Assembly: GCA_040217195.1 (NCBI GenBank)
Contig: JAVJNR010000003.1
Span: 32,001 to 96,000 of the forward strand
Length of the DNA: 64,000 bases
Origin: Leptospiraceae bacterium
Lineage (GTDB): Bacteria; Spirochaetota; Leptospiria; Leptospirales; Leptonemataceae
Reading direction: 5' to 3'
Made by a program: the position numbers and the translations under genes. Under the pieces are notes generated by a model. That model worked only from the letters and a program-made list of their open reading frames with translations, did no database searches and was not told the DNA's origin. Position 1 is the first letter of the stretch. Each line of letters starts with the position of its first letter. Positions 40,311 through 50,700 of this stretch are shown here, piece by piece.

Positions 40311-41120
40311 CTAACCATCCAGAGTGAACTTGAAGATACCCCGATCCACCAGTTCACGGTTAATCCTGTGCTGAACCTTCATTCGCACAATTTCCGCTGC
40401 TTCTTCCAGAAATCGAATGCTTCTAGCATCCTTTTTGCCAAAGCCATGCAACGTAATTGGCTTGAGAAAACAGATCTTCCATTGCACCGGTAAAGGAATC
40501 AAATTAAGCGGAACCGGTATCTTGGCTCCAAAGTATTTCTCAGTCCAGTCCAGAGTACCCAGGTTCAAATGGGTTTCCTCGGCTCCCAGAATGGATACTG
40601 GAACAATAGTGGCGCCTGTCATAATAGCCAGAGAAATGAAGCCTGGATTAAATGGCTTCAATTGATACATTTCCACACTGGACTTGAAGTTTCCGGACTC
40701 AGCTTCGGGAAACAGGATTAATAGCTTACGTTTACGAAGAACTCGAATTGCAACCTTGAAATCCTGCGGAATATAGGCCAGTTTGGCACTGGCCATCTTT
40801 AGAAATCCATCTTTGTGCCAGTAGTTGTGGCTCATGGTCCTGGGCATTCGTTTGGCTTTCTTCAGAATCTCGTTTTGAAGAACCATTGCATCCCAGCCCA
40901 GAACTCCACTGTGGTTGGGAACAACGATGACCGGTCCGGTACGAGGTAGATTTTCCAGCCCCTCGGTTTGCAGATCCGTAAACTCCCGGATGGTATCCAG
41001 GAATCCATGTGTGATTCCGCGAAATAAGAAATAGTCCAGGTCTTTGCCCAGAAATTCCCGCCAATCGGGACTTTGAAAGAAACGCCTTTGTGCCATGGCT
41101 GGACTCGCTATTCTACTCAA
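40311..41120 (-). CDS. Lysophospholipid acyltransferase (PlsC-like)
   Basis: Motifs GLENLP, NHSG...D, LFPE, GFISLA and IVPV. Confidence 0.88.
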   Translation of the reverse strand: MSRIASPAMAQRRFFQSPDWREFLGKDLDYFLFRGITHGFLDTIREFTDLQTEGLENLPRTGPVIVVPNHSGVLGWDAMVLQNEILKKAKRMPRTMSHNYWHKDGFLKMASAKLAYIPQDFKVAIRVLRKRKLLILFPEAESGNFKSSVEMYQLKPFNPGFISLAIMTGATIVPVSILGAEETHLNLGTLDWTEKYFGAKIPVPLNLIPLPVQWKICFLKPITLHGFGKKDARSIRFLEEAAEIVRMKVQHRINRELVDRGIFKFTLDG

Positions 41121-41132
41121 GATCCCTGAAAG

Positions 41133-42548
41133 TCAAGCAAGGAAAAATATTCGATCTTCCTGACCGAGAAAAGAAAGACAGGCCCGAACCGCAAACCCCT
41201 GCTTATCCACCAGAATGGGTAGATTTTCCCTGATCGGTGGAGGCAAAGATTCCTTCTGGAATAGAGTCTTAGTTTTACCGGTATGGATTTTATTCTCCTT
41301 TTGAAATCTGTAAGCGGTTACATCCCTTGCAGCCTTCACTTCCAGTTCCGACCGGTCGTAGATTCTTTCCCTACCCAGCCACAGCACCCTGAGCCTCTCA
41401 GTTCTGGAGTGATAATCTGTAGCTTGGGCCGCTCCATCCTGGAGCTGATTTTCGATCATAGATACAGGCTCATTCCAGATTTCTCCCTGCAACGGATAAA
41501 TCCATAAATCCGAGCCGGCCCACCATATCTCGCAGACCGGGTTTTGGACCCTGAGCCAATTTTCGCCTCTAATACCGGCCAGTCCTTCATGGATTTCATG
41601 AAGCATAGATCTAGATATCATATCCTGGCCCAGGTTCTTGAGCGCCAGCCTGATCAGTGTTGCCAGATCTGTTAATTCGAATCGTCCAAGTAATGTATTC
41701 GGTATACGGATAAATGGCTCCAGCTGAGAGCTCTTATTCCTGGGCTTCTTTTTTTTCGATTCAACAGTTCCCGGTGCACCATGATGCACGGACCACAGCG
41801 AAGCCGGGTTTAAACCCTGCTGTTTGAGCCCCGGGATAATTTCTGTCCGGATGAAATTTCGCTGAAACTGTGTGTCCAGATTCGTTTCGTCTGTTGCGAA
41901 AGGAATGGAGTGTTGTTCTAAAAGTTGCTCAATGTCCCATCGGTTCAATGGTAGTAGAGGTCGAATGACTTTCAGATATCCCAGGAAGCGTTTGCTCTTT
42001 CTCAAAGAAGACCAGATAGGAAGTTCGCTACTGGCTGGTAGAATATCCTTCAATTCCCTGCCAGAAGAGCGAATCCATCGCTGAAGGGCCGTTTCTGCAA
42101 AATCCACTCCATGATGACCGGTGCAGCATCCGCCGGATTGACTGAGTTTGCTGGCGCGAAAAAGATCTCTATAGCGAAGGAACCTTGCTGCAGCTTCCAG
42201 GTTCATTTTCATTCTTCGCGCAAAGCCGGCCACATCCTGGGCTTCCTGAAAAAAGCTCAAATCAAGCTGCCGGGCCGTCCGGGAAACCAGGTCTGCATCT
42301 TCATCTGCCTGCTGGCGCAGTCCATGATTGAAGTGAAACACAGACGGAGCAGGGAGACCCATTTGCCTGCACAGATCTGAAAGCAAATACAGGAGTAATT
42401 GCGAATCCGGCCCACCGGACGCGGCTACAACAAGACCATCCTTCATCTCCTGAATCAGCCAGGATTCCAGCGATTTCATAGATGAAGGGCTCCATTCGGT
42501 ATTGCTCCGAACCTGCCTCAGATATTCATTATAGAGCCCTTCGCTCAT
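41133..42548 (-). CDS. tilS: tRNA(Ile)-lysidine synthase
   Basis: Motifs SGGPDS, NHGLR, EAAARFLRY, GHH..D.AET, IRPLL, DETN and RNFIR. Confidence 0.92.
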   Translation of the reverse strand: MSEGLYNEYLRQVRSNTEWSPSSMKSLESWLIQEMKDGLVVAASGGPDSQLLLYLLSDLCRQMGLPAPSVFHFNHGLRQQADEDADLVSRTARQLDLSFFQEAQDVAGFARRMKMNLEAAARFLRYRDLFRASKLSQSGGCCTGHHGVDFAETALQRWIRSSGRELKDILPASSELPIWSSLRKSKRFLGYLKVIRPLLPLNRWDIEQLLEQHSIPFATDETNLDTQFQRNFIRTEIIPGLKQQGLNPASLWSVHHGAPGTVESKKKKPRNKSSQLEPFIRIPNTLLGRFELTDLATLIRLALKNLGQDMISRSMLHEIHEGLAGIRGENWLRVQNPVCEIWWAGSDLWIYPLQGEIWNEPVSMIENQLQDGAAQATDYHSRTERLRVLWLGRERIYDRSELEVKAARDVTAYRFQKENKIHTGKTKTLFQKESLPPPIRENLPILVDKQGFAVRACLSFLGQEDRIFFLA

Positions 42549-42602
42549 TAAAACCAGAGTAAATCTACTTTCCTATCTGGCAAGGCGGCCAAGAATGGTA
42601 TC

Positions 42603-42878
42603 GTGGCTTTTTTCCAGAAAATCGGTCGCATGCTGCAGGAGGATTTTTCCCCTCCCTTTGATGGCTTCTTTTTCCTGAAGCTGCTGCTATACCTGGCCTT
42701 CTTCACGTTTTGCCTCCGTCTATTTGGCGGTGGTAGCTGTATAGATCAGGCTCCGGAAGGCAGGATCATTCTGGGCCCCACCAATTCAATTCCTGCTGCA
42801 TCATTGCAAAATGGCGTTGCTCTGGCCGATTTGGACTTCCCTGCTCTCCTGGAGAATTCCGGAGCTGGCCGCGGATGA
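42603..42878 (+). CDS. Hypothetical small membrane protein
   Basis: One hydrophobic segment. Fills the gap between tilS and manA and overlaps the manA start (ATGA). Confidence 0.4.
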   Translation: MAFFQKIGRMLQEDFSPPFDGFFFLKLLLYLAFFTFCLRLFGGGSCIDQAPEGRIILGPTNSIPAASLQNGVALADLDFPALLENSGAGRG

Positions 42879-44083
42879 AGTCCGGTTCTACTTTCTATTC
42901 CATTTTCCCGGCCCTGAAGGATTACGCCTGGGGTTCGGTGGATCCGGAAGGAGCTATTGCCGACCTGCTGCGAAAGAATACCGGTGGTGAAATCCCGCCG
43001 GGGCCCTATGCAGAACTCTGGTACGGGGACCACCCTTCCGGTGCCTCCCTTCTTCCCGATGGCTCGCCATTGCCCGAGCAAATCCAGAAGGAGCCGCAGC
43101 ATATACTGGGACGCTTCGCAGCGGATGGTAAACTGCCTTTCCTGCTCAAAATTCTGGAGAGTCAGAGTCCTCTTTCGATACAGGCCCATCCGGACCGGGA
43201 GCTGGCCCGAACTTTACATGGAAAGGATCCGGATAATTACCCGGATGCAAATCATAAACCGGAAATAGCAATCTGCCTGCGACCTGGTTTTACTGCCATG
43301 GCCGGATTCAGGGATTTAAGCCAGATCCAGGAAAACATCAGAAGGCATCCGGAGTTAGAAGATGTGCTGCCGGGACTGCTGCAAAGCAATGGAAACGGAA
43401 GACAGGCTTTAAAGCAGGCTTTCGAACATCTGTACAGAATGCCTGCAGAGAAAATCGAAACCGTGGCCCGCAAACTGAATGAAAGGATCAAATCCGATGC
43501 CGGTCGTAATCCTTCTGATTCCTACTTTCTGAGATTCTGTCAGCTACATGGATTCCAGGATCCAGGATTGTTTTCTATTTTTCTGCTAAATCTGATGCAA
43601 TTCCAGCCCGGCCAATCGCTCTTTATGGGAGCCCGGGAGCCCCATGCCTATTTGCAGGGAGCTATTATAGAATGCATGGCCTGTTCGGACAATGTTGTGC
43701 GAGGCGGATTGACTCCCAAGTTTGTGGATGTGGATACTCTGGTGGATATGCTTCATTACAGAATGGGGCCGCCAGATACCATCCACCCGATCCAGAAGGA
43801 AAATGCTCGGATTTACCGGCCACCTGTGGAGGATTTTCAGGTATGGACCGTGGAAGCCTCGGATCAGAGTCTGGCGCTCAGCGATGATCTTTTCCCGGCC
43901 ATTGCACTATCTCTTTCGGGCACGGCCATCTTTCAAGCCAATGGTCAGGAATTTGAGCTATTACCCGGTCGAAGTGTGCTGCTGCCGGCCGGTCCCCTTT
44001 CCAGCGGAGTCAAATACTCCCTATCCTCTTCTCAGAAGGCCCAGGTGGTAATTGCAGGTCCCGGACAGCCAACAAATTTGTAG
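42875..44083 (+). CDS. manA: Mannose-6-phosphate isomerase, class I
   Basis: Motifs YAWG, AELWYGDHP, LPFLLKIL, LSIQAHP, YPDANHKPE, HAYLQG and SDNVVRGGLTPK. Confidence 0.95.
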   Translation: MKSGSTFYSIFPALKDYAWGSVDPEGAIADLLRKNTGGEIPPGPYAELWYGDHPSGASLLPDGSPLPEQIQKEPQHILGRFAADGKLPFLLKILESQSPLSIQAHPDRELARTLHGKDPDNYPDANHKPEIAICLRPGFTAMAGFRDLSQIQENIRRHPELEDVLPGLLQSNGNGRQALKQAFEHLYRMPAEKIETVARKLNERIKSDAGRNPSDSYFLRFCQLHGFQDPGLFSIFLLNLMQFQPGQSLFMGAREPHAYLQGAIIECMACSDNVVRGGLTPKFVDVDTLVDMLHYRMGPPDTIHPIQKENARIYRPPVEDFQVWTVEASDQSLALSDDLFPAIALSLSGTAIFQANGQEFELLPGRSVLLPAGPLSSGVKYSLSSSQKAQVVIAGPGQPTNL

Positions 44084-44204
44084 TACTTACGGGATTTTAT
44101 CTTGACACACCATGTGACATAATCCAGTTACAGGGGACAGAAAGAGGCTGTGCAAAGGCTCCAGAACTCACTACCCTTTGCCAATAACGCCCCAAAGGAA
44201 TGGT

Positions 44205-45353
44205 ATGGCTCTGGCAGGAATTTATAGAACAGAAAAGAAGCCTGGTCCCATAGAGGCCCAGCGCCCGGCATTAAGCAAGGAAGAATTGGAATCCGTGCTG
44301 GATTGTCTGATTCAGGATCGTCTTGGATCGGGTTCCATATGCGAACGATTTGAGAAATCTTTTGCTCAAGTTGCATCCTACAAACATACCCTGGCCGTTA
44401 ACTCATTAACCGCTGCCTATCACCTGGCATTTCTGGCTCTGGAAATTGGTCCGGACGATGAAGTATGGATGAGTGCGTTGTCCTCTATATCCGCCCTGGA
44501 TGCATGTCGCTATGTTGGAGCCACACCCAGACTGCTGGATCCTGCACGAAGCTCCTTTCATGTTGAGCAGGACAGTATTGAAAAATTACTTGGCTCGGAT
44601 CAAAAAGAGGCTCCGGTATCGGAAGATCCCGGCTTTCGCATAGACCAGGAAAAGAAGGACTTGAAGCGAGTCTATTTGCTGGATCATACCTATGGCAGTC
44701 GTAGTCCTCTGAATGTTGCCTGGCTGAAAGAACAGGGATTCCTGCTAGTCGAAGATTTCACTGGAATGCCCGGTGCCGATGCAGAAGGATCCTACACAGG
44801 TCAGACCGGAGATGTGGCCGTTTGCGGACTCTCCGAATATGACCTGGTGACCACCGGAAACGGTGCTATGGTTGTAACTTCTGAACCCAGAATCCAGAAG
44901 AAGATGCTTAGCTTGCGATACGGAAATAAAAGGGATCGTAAAGCTACTGCCTATGACTACCGTCTCGAGGATTTCCAGGCTGCCATGGGCTTAATTCAAT
45001 TGAATCGATTGGGACTAACTCTTTCCCGTCGAAGAAAGATTGGAGAGAAGTATCTGCAAACCCTTCGCCAGACCAAACATGAAAGTTATTTCAAAGAAAC
45101 TGGAGTGGATTGCTACCATATATTTCCGGTTGTTGTGGCTAAAACCCACGATGAAGTGGAACGTTACTACAATTCACTTCAGATTGGAATTACCCGAGTT
45201 CCGGAACCTCTTCATCATTTCCTGGATCTACCCAGACTGGAATTTCCCAACGCAGAACGAATCTACCAGAAAGCTATTTGCGTGCCAGTCTACCCGGCTC
45301 TAACAGCGAACAATGTTGAGAGAATTTCCAGTTCTTTGCGGGGTATGCTCTAG
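44205..45353 (+). CDS. DegT/DnrJ/EryC1/StrS-fold protein lacking the PLP-binding Lys
   Basis: Fold cues FEKSFA, VNS.TAA.HLA, VED, TTGNG, YDYRL, QAAMG and VPVYP. The SFxxxK motif reads GLSEYD. Confidence 0.82.
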   Translation: MALAGIYRTEKKPGPIEAQRPALSKEELESVLDCLIQDRLGSGSICERFEKSFAQVASYKHTLAVNSLTAAYHLAFLALEIGPDDEVWMSALSSISALDACRYVGATPRLLDPARSSFHVEQDSIEKLLGSDQKEAPVSEDPGFRIDQEKKDLKRVYLLDHTYGSRSPLNVAWLKEQGFLLVEDFTGMPGADAEGSYTGQTGDVAVCGLSEYDLVTTGNGAMVVTSEPRIQKKMLSLRYGNKRDRKATAYDYRLEDFQAAMGLIQLNRLGLTLSRRRKIGEKYLQTLRQTKHESYFKETGVDCYHIFPVVVAKTHDEVERYYNSLQIGITRVPEPLHHFLDLPRLEFPNAERIYQKAICVPVYPALTANNVERISSSLRGML

Positions 45354-45375
45354 ATTGAATTTCTCAAGATTCGGC

Positions 45376-45936
45376 ATGAAACGTCCAGGCATCATTCTAA
45401 TTGCTCTTGTGCTGGCCAGTTTTGCTGCCTATGCCGAACAACCATCCAGCAAAGACGGTCCGGAGATGCGCGAGTATGCAGCCCGGGCTGAAATCACTCT
45501 GGGCGATGACCGGGTGGTCTCTGGAAAAAGCAAATTCACAGCTCCTGAATCCTTTATTTTTCAACATAATCGGGAGGGTGTACAATACGAAAAGACCATC
45601 CATGCCCGGGATGTTCGAGCCCTTCATTTCCAGAAATGGGAACCTCAAAAAGTGGGCGAAAACAAACAGGGTGATGTATATCGATTCCAGGTAACCTCCT
45701 TTCGCATAGAACTCAAGGATGGGTACACATTGCAGGTGAATAATGGATTACCCAACTTCTGGGAGAGCTTCTATGTGGAAAATGACAATGGCCGGGTCAG
45801 ATTCTTCACCTACTGGATGGATCTATATAAAAAAGAAGATGGAAGCTGGTACACCGGAATGGAAGGTCCGCCCAGCGGAGTCAGATCCTTTCCACATAAA
45901 GATGTGATTCGAAAGATCGAATTTCACGTTGATTGA
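45376..45936 (+). CDS. Hypothetical secreted protein
   Basis: Signal peptide MKRPGIILIALVLASFAAYA followed by a beta-rich body. Confidence 0.7.
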   Translation: MKRPGIILIALVLASFAAYAEQPSSKDGPEMREYAARAEITLGDDRVVSGKSKFTAPESFIFQHNREGVQYEKTIHARDVRALHFQKWEPQKVGENKQGDVYRFQVTSFRIELKDGYTLQVNNGLPNFWESFYVENDNGRVRFFTYWMDLYKKEDGSWYTGMEGPPSGVRSFPHKDVIRKIEFHVD

Positions 45937-46071
45937 TTTTTTCCCTCCAGAATCCAGTTTATTGTACTTGTAAAACCCTGGAACTTGCCGTCCAAATAAT
46001 GGAGCACCGGCAGAATCCTAACTTCTACAGCTTTCTACGGCCCGGAGCCATATCCATCCCGAGGAACTACA

Positions 46072-46920
46072 ATGGATTTTCAATTATCTGAATGGATTCA
46101 GAGATTCGCAATTGTCTATGGCATTCTAACAATTCGATATACAATCATTGCCGGACTGGCCTTTTTAATTATCTGGAAATTACTGTCCGGACGGCTGGCC
46201 CACCGATATATCCAGCCAGACCGAAAACCTGACCGGGCCAATATCTGGCATGAAATCAAATATTCATTCCTGACATTCATTGTATTTGGGCTGGTTGGCA
46301 TCTTCATGTTCGAAGCCAGTCGAAATGGCTGGACCAGGATCTATCGTGACATTGGCGATTACGGCTGGGCCTATTTCCTATTTTCCATACTGGGTACAAT
46401 CATCCTGCACGATGCCTACTTCTACTGGACCCATCGATTCATGCACTGGAAGAGGATCTTCAAACATGTGCATCTGGTGCATCATCGATCCACCAACCCT
46501 ACTCCCTGGGCAGCCTTTAGCTTTCATCCGCTGGAAGCAGTCATTGAGGCGGGCATTGTACCTCTGGTGGCCTTTCTTTATCCCGTACACCCTCTTGCAT
46601 TGATGCTCTTTCTGCTTTACATGACCTTTTTAAACGTTCTGGGACACCTGGGATATGAACTATTCCCCTCTGGATTCACCAGAAGAAAGCTAACCTTCTG
46701 GCACAACACCTCCACGCATCATAATATGCATCATAAGTATTTCAGCTGTAACTACGGTCTTTACTTCAACTGGTGGGATCGCTGGATGAATACAAACCAT
46801 ATTCAATACGATGAACAATTTGAAGCCCGAGCTGGAGCTTCCGCTGCGACGTTACCGGTCAAACTGGAACCGGACATTACAGATGCTGGCCGGAGCGATC
46901 CTGAAACTCTTGCATCTTGA
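46072..46920 (+). CDS. Sterol desaturase / fatty acid hydroxylase family protein
   Basis: His boxes HRFMH, HLVHH and HHNMHH; also FHPLE and NYGLYF.WWDR. Confidence 0.93.
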   Translation: MDFQLSEWIQRFAIVYGILTIRYTIIAGLAFLIIWKLLSGRLAHRYIQPDRKPDRANIWHEIKYSFLTFIVFGLVGIFMFEASRNGWTRIYRDIGDYGWAYFLFSILGTIILHDAYFYWTHRFMHWKRIFKHVHLVHHRSTNPTPWAAFSFHPLEAVIEAGIVPLVAFLYPVHPLALMLFLLYMTFLNVLGHLGYELFPSGFTRRKLTFWHNTSTHHNMHHKYFSCNYGLYFNWWDRWMNTNHIQYDEQFEARAGASAATLPVKLEPDITDAGRSDPETLAS

Positions 46921-47014
46921 AATTGGGATTTCATTCGCTCATCGGATTTCGCCTGATTGTAGATGCGCGGCCCAAATACAGTATAGTTCCATTTGTGCAG
47001 AAAGCCCTGCTGAT

Positions 47015-47731
47015 TCAGACCTGTAAAAGGGGTGGATTTCGTCTGGCCTTACCAAAGGAGCCGCTGCGAATAAATTCCATGATTTGTGGGCTTAATCGGT
47101 GAAAGTTTGCATAAATGGAATCGTGATGATACGGCACGTAGATATGATCCTGAATCGATGTTTGCATGGACTCAGGCTGCCAGTGAATCGGTCCCATACG
47201 TCTGCACTGGCCGGCAAAGACTTTTAGAATCAAAGTACGCTTCTGCTCGATAACCAGTCCCGGCTTTATAGCTCCGTGAAGATCTTTTGATAGATCTGGA
47301 TAGCTTTCCTTTGCCAGCTGAAATACAAAGTCTCCCAGAAGTAGCCTTGCGATGAATGGAATTCGTGTAGTAACAATGGCCGGAGCTCTTTCCTGATATG
47401 GGCTTCTGTCCAGAATCACACTAGATGGTTTCAAATTCGAGGACCGCAACCATCTGCGAAGCACATAGGCGCCGGCGATAAAACAGAAAACATGTAATCG
47501 CTGATATTTGAAAAGTTCATTTCTGGCATAGTAGTCTTGCAGGAATTTCACTGAATCATCGAGGCCAGATTTCTGTATGTAGTCCGGAACAAATAGATCC
47601 ACCTCTGCAGTATGAAAAAAATGCTGCATGGCCTTGCGACCGGAAGGACCATAACCGATGCCAGGTAGCACGAGCAGCGCATCAGAGTTATTATTTCTTA
47701 ACTCCAGTGACTTTGCAGGAAAAAGACCCAT
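47015..47731 (-). CDS. Hypothetical protein (alpha/beta-hydrolase-like)
   Basis: LLVLPGIG, FVPDY and HVFCFIAG resemble the hydrolase core, but there is no GxSxG. Confidence 0.55.
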   Translation of the reverse strand: MGLFPAKSLELRNNNSDALLVLPGIGYGPSGRKAMQHFFHTAEVDLFVPDYIQKSGLDDSVKFLQDYYARNELFKYQRLHVFCFIAGAYVLRRWLRSSNLKPSSVILDRSPYQERAPAIVTTRIPFIARLLLGDFVFQLAKESYPDLSKDLHGAIKPGLVIEQKRTLILKVFAGQCRRMGPIHWQPESMQTSIQDHIYVPYHHDSIYANFHRLSPQIMEFIRSGSFGKARRNPPLLQV

Positions 47732-47769
47732 TTTTATATTGACCCATCCTTCATCTAAAGCAAAGTAAA

Positions 47770-48405
47770 GTGGTGGCAAGCATTTATCAGTTAAAGTCTC
47801 GTTTTCAAGATATACTTCGTCCGCTCTGCAGATTTCTGGCTCGCATAGGAATTACGGCCAACCAGATTACCGTTCTGGCATTGTTGCTTTCTCTTTTCTT
47901 TGGCGCCTACATGGCCTTTCGCTTTCTGTATTATCCAGAGCATAAATGGTTTCTGCTTGGCTTACCTGCACTGCTATTTATCAGAATGGCCCTTAATGCA
48001 ATCGATGGAATGCTTGCCAGAGAGCATAACATGAAAAGCCATCTGGGAGCCTTCCTGAATGAACTGGGAGATGTACTTTCCGATGCTTTCCTGTATTTAC
48101 CATTTGCGATCTACGGAATCCAGAATGGAATCCCGGAGCCATTCATTGTTCTAAGCGTCGTTGCCTTTGTTAAGTTTGCCATCATCACAGAATTCATGGG
48201 CGTTCTATCTCAGGCCACGGGAGCCAGCCGTCGCTACGATGGGCCGATGGGAAAATCCGATAGAGCTTTCTGGTGCAGTGTTCTGGCAATTTATCTGGCA
48301 TTCGGCGGCCCGGATAGGCCATATATTGAAATTTTCTTTGCACTTCTTGCAGCCCTGGCCCTTCTAACGGTTGTGGTTCGAGCCCGGAAGGCGTTGAAAG
48401 AATGA
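47770..48405 (+). CDS. CDP-alcohol phosphatidyltransferase family protein (YnbA-like)
   Basis: Motifs SIYQLK, TANQIT, RMALNAIDGMLARE, LNELGDVLSD and GPMGKSDRA. Confidence 0.92.
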   Translation: MVASIYQLKSRFQDILRPLCRFLARIGITANQITVLALLLSLFFGAYMAFRFLYYPEHKWFLLGLPALLFIRMALNAIDGMLAREHNMKSHLGAFLNELGDVLSDAFLYLPFAIYGIQNGIPEPFIVLSVVAFVKFAIITEFMGVLSQATGASRRYDGPMGKSDRAFWCSVLAIYLAFGGPDRPYIEIFFALLAALALLTVVVRARKALKE

Positions 48406-49349
48406 AATGGACATTTAACACTCTAACCCCAAACGTTCTGTATACCTTTGGAGGCATCCTGGCCGGACTGATTCTGGCCTCGATTATTGCATTTGCGCTT
48501 ACTCGAATAAAGAAGGAAAGCGACTTCACTGAGCTGAACCTTCGCATTCGCACCTGGTGGCTTCTGGTGGGCCTTATTGCAGCAGTATTACTGAGCACCG
48601 TTGAACTGAGTATTCTATTTTTCGCTTTGATAAGCGTGCTGGCCTTGTATGAGTTCCTTTCGCTCATAGAGCTGCGAAAGCCCGACAGAAAAATTCTCTG
48701 GGTACCATTTCTGGTAATTCCCATTCAGTATTTCTGGATCTACGAGCAATGGTATGGAATGTTCATAGTTTTTATACCGGTCTATGCATTCCTTTTCTTT
48801 CCTCTGGCCATGGTTAGCATTGGGGAGACCAGCGGATTCTTGAAAGCAGTGGGCACATTACAGTGGGGACTGATGACCTGTGTATTTTCCATCAGCCATG
48901 GAGCCTATTTGATGGTATTGCCCCAGGAAACGAATCCTGCAGGCGGTGGCCCCGGACTGGTGCTATTTCTGTTGCTTTTGACCCAGTCCAATGATGTGGC
49001 CCAGTATATCTGGGGAAAGCTACTCGGTCGTCATCCCATAACTCCAAAGGTAAGTCCCAAAAAGACCGTCGAAGGATTTATAGGTGGTCTGTTTACTACA
49101 ACAGTACTCTCCTATTTCCTGGCACCCTGGCTCACCCCACTGGATCTATACCAATCCCTGGGAGCTGGACTTTTAATTGGCTTTTCCGGTTTTGTAGGAG
49201 ATGTCACTCTTTCTGCAGTAAAAAGAGATATCAAAGTCAAAGATAGTGGCTCTATGCTACCCGGCCATGGAGGAATCCTGGACCGGATTGATTCTCTTAC
49301 CTTTACGGCCCCGCTGTTCTTCCATTTCATCTACTACTTTTGCTATTAG
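48402..49349 (+). CDS. Phosphatidate cytidylyltransferase (YnbB-like)
   Basis: Motifs RIRTWW, NDVAQY, SPKKTVEG and KRDIKVKDSG.MLPGHGGILDRIDSL. Confidence 0.93.
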   Translation: MKWTFNTLTPNVLYTFGGILAGLILASIIAFALTRIKKESDFTELNLRIRTWWLLVGLIAAVLLSTVELSILFFALISVLALYEFLSLIELRKPDRKILWVPFLVIPIQYFWIYEQWYGMFIVFIPVYAFLFFPLAMVSIGETSGFLKAVGTLQWGLMTCVFSISHGAYLMVLPQETNPAGGGPGLVLFLLLLTQSNDVAQYIWGKLLGRHPITPKVSPKKTVEGFIGGLFTTTVLSYFLAPWLTPLDLYQSLGAGLLIGFSGFVGDVTLSAVKRDIKVKDSGSMLPGHGGILDRIDSLTFTAPLFFHFIYYFCY

Positions 49350-49572
49350 ATGCCTGGCATACAGATGCGAATACAGAGCAAACAATTGAAAGCCGAGATT
49401 GAATCGGAATCGCAGACAACCTGGAAAAGATATGCCCGTGTTCGCAAGAATCTATGCGATCTCTGGGGATCGCAACATTTGTAAAACAGATCCAGCTTGA
49501 CTGGAAACAAGCCAGGGACAAAGCCAAATACGTTTTGAGTAATCTAAGGCCGCCTAAATTCACCGGGAAGTA

Positions 49573-50685
49573 TTAACTGAAGAAATCCTTAACCACAGTC
49601 ACTACTTCAGCCAGCTCTTCTTCTTTCATGTAAGGAAATAAGGGTAGATTCAAAACGCTCTTACAAAGCCTCTCCGCAGTTTCGCCCCCTACTCTGGCTT
49701 TTAAGAAACCTGGCGATGCTTCCTGTGCAGACATTGGGCCTGGATATACGATACCAAAGCCAATTCCTTTTTCCTTCAGTAGAGCTTCCAGAGTGGGTCT
49801 TTTTTCTTGATCTACGATCAGAACATTGAGGTAGCCATTCTCTACATACCCGGAAGGGGCTTCCACCACTCGAATGGGTAGATTGGCCAATTCTTTGCGA
49901 TAATATTCGGCCGATTTTCTTCGACTTTCCAGCCTGGCCTTCAAATGCGGATGGCTTACGTTCAGATAGGCCGCCTGCAAAGAGTCCATACGCGAGTTCC
50001 AGCCCACCAGTCCATAGGAGTAATGGGTGGTTCTTCCGTGGTTTTCCAGACTGCGGACTCGATGGGCCAGTTCATCATCGGAAGTTAGAACTGCTCCTGC
50101 ATCTCCTGCAGCACCAAAAACCTTCGCAGGATAAAAGCTAATGGTGGATAGCTGTGCCCCCTGGTAGATGGACTCACCATTATAAGTTACTCCGTAGGAT
50201 TGAGCTCCATCCTCAATAAGTGCAATTCCCTTTTCTCGGGCAAAGTTACGAAAATCCTGGATTCTGCCAGAGCCCCAGCCGTACAGATGCACCAGAATGG
50301 CAGCCCTGGGTTTATGCTCTTCGCAGGCCTTGCAGAATAGATCAAAGTCAAGCTGAAGATCTTCAGCAGACACATCTACCGTGATTGGATCACCGCCGAC
50401 GTTCACTACTGCTTCAAAGGTAGCCCAGAAAGTGAGGTCCGGCAAAAGGACCGAATCTCCCCGACCCACACCAGCAGCTCGAAGAGCCAGCTGCAATGCA
50501 TCGGTGCCATTGCCACAACCAATAGCATGCGAAACACCACATTCCTGTTTTAGAGTAGCTTCCAGGCTTTCGATCTCCGGACCTCCCATGAAGCGAGTAT
50601 TCACTGAGAGATCAGCCACTTTCGCATTCCAGGTATCCTGAAAACCATCTTCAAATCGTTTTAGTTCTATAAAAGGTACAGACAT
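49573..50685 (-). CDS. DegT/DnrJ/EryC1/StrS sugar aminotransferase
   Basis: Motifs NGTDAL, VHLYG, IEDGAQS, SFYPAK and NSRMDSLQAA. Confidence 0.93.
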   Translation of the reverse strand: MSVPFIELKRFEDGFQDTWNAKVADLSVNTRFMGGPEIESLEATLKQECGVSHAIGCGNGTDALQLALRAAGVGRGDSVLLPDLTFWATFEAVVNVGGDPITVDVSAEDLQLDFDLFCKACEEHKPRAAILVHLYGWGSGRIQDFRNFAREKGIALIEDGAQSYGVTYNGESIYQGAQLSTISFYPAKVFGAAGDAGAVLTSDDELAHRVRSLENHGRTTHYSYGLVGWNSRMDSLQAAYLNVSHPHLKARLESRRKSAEYYRKELANLPIRVVEAPSGYVENGYLNVLIVDQEKRPTLEALLKEKGIGFGIVYPGPMSAQEASPGFLKARVGGETAERLCKSVLNLPLFPYMKEEELAEVVTVVKDFFS

Positions 50686-50700
50686 GTACGCCGCCGCAGG

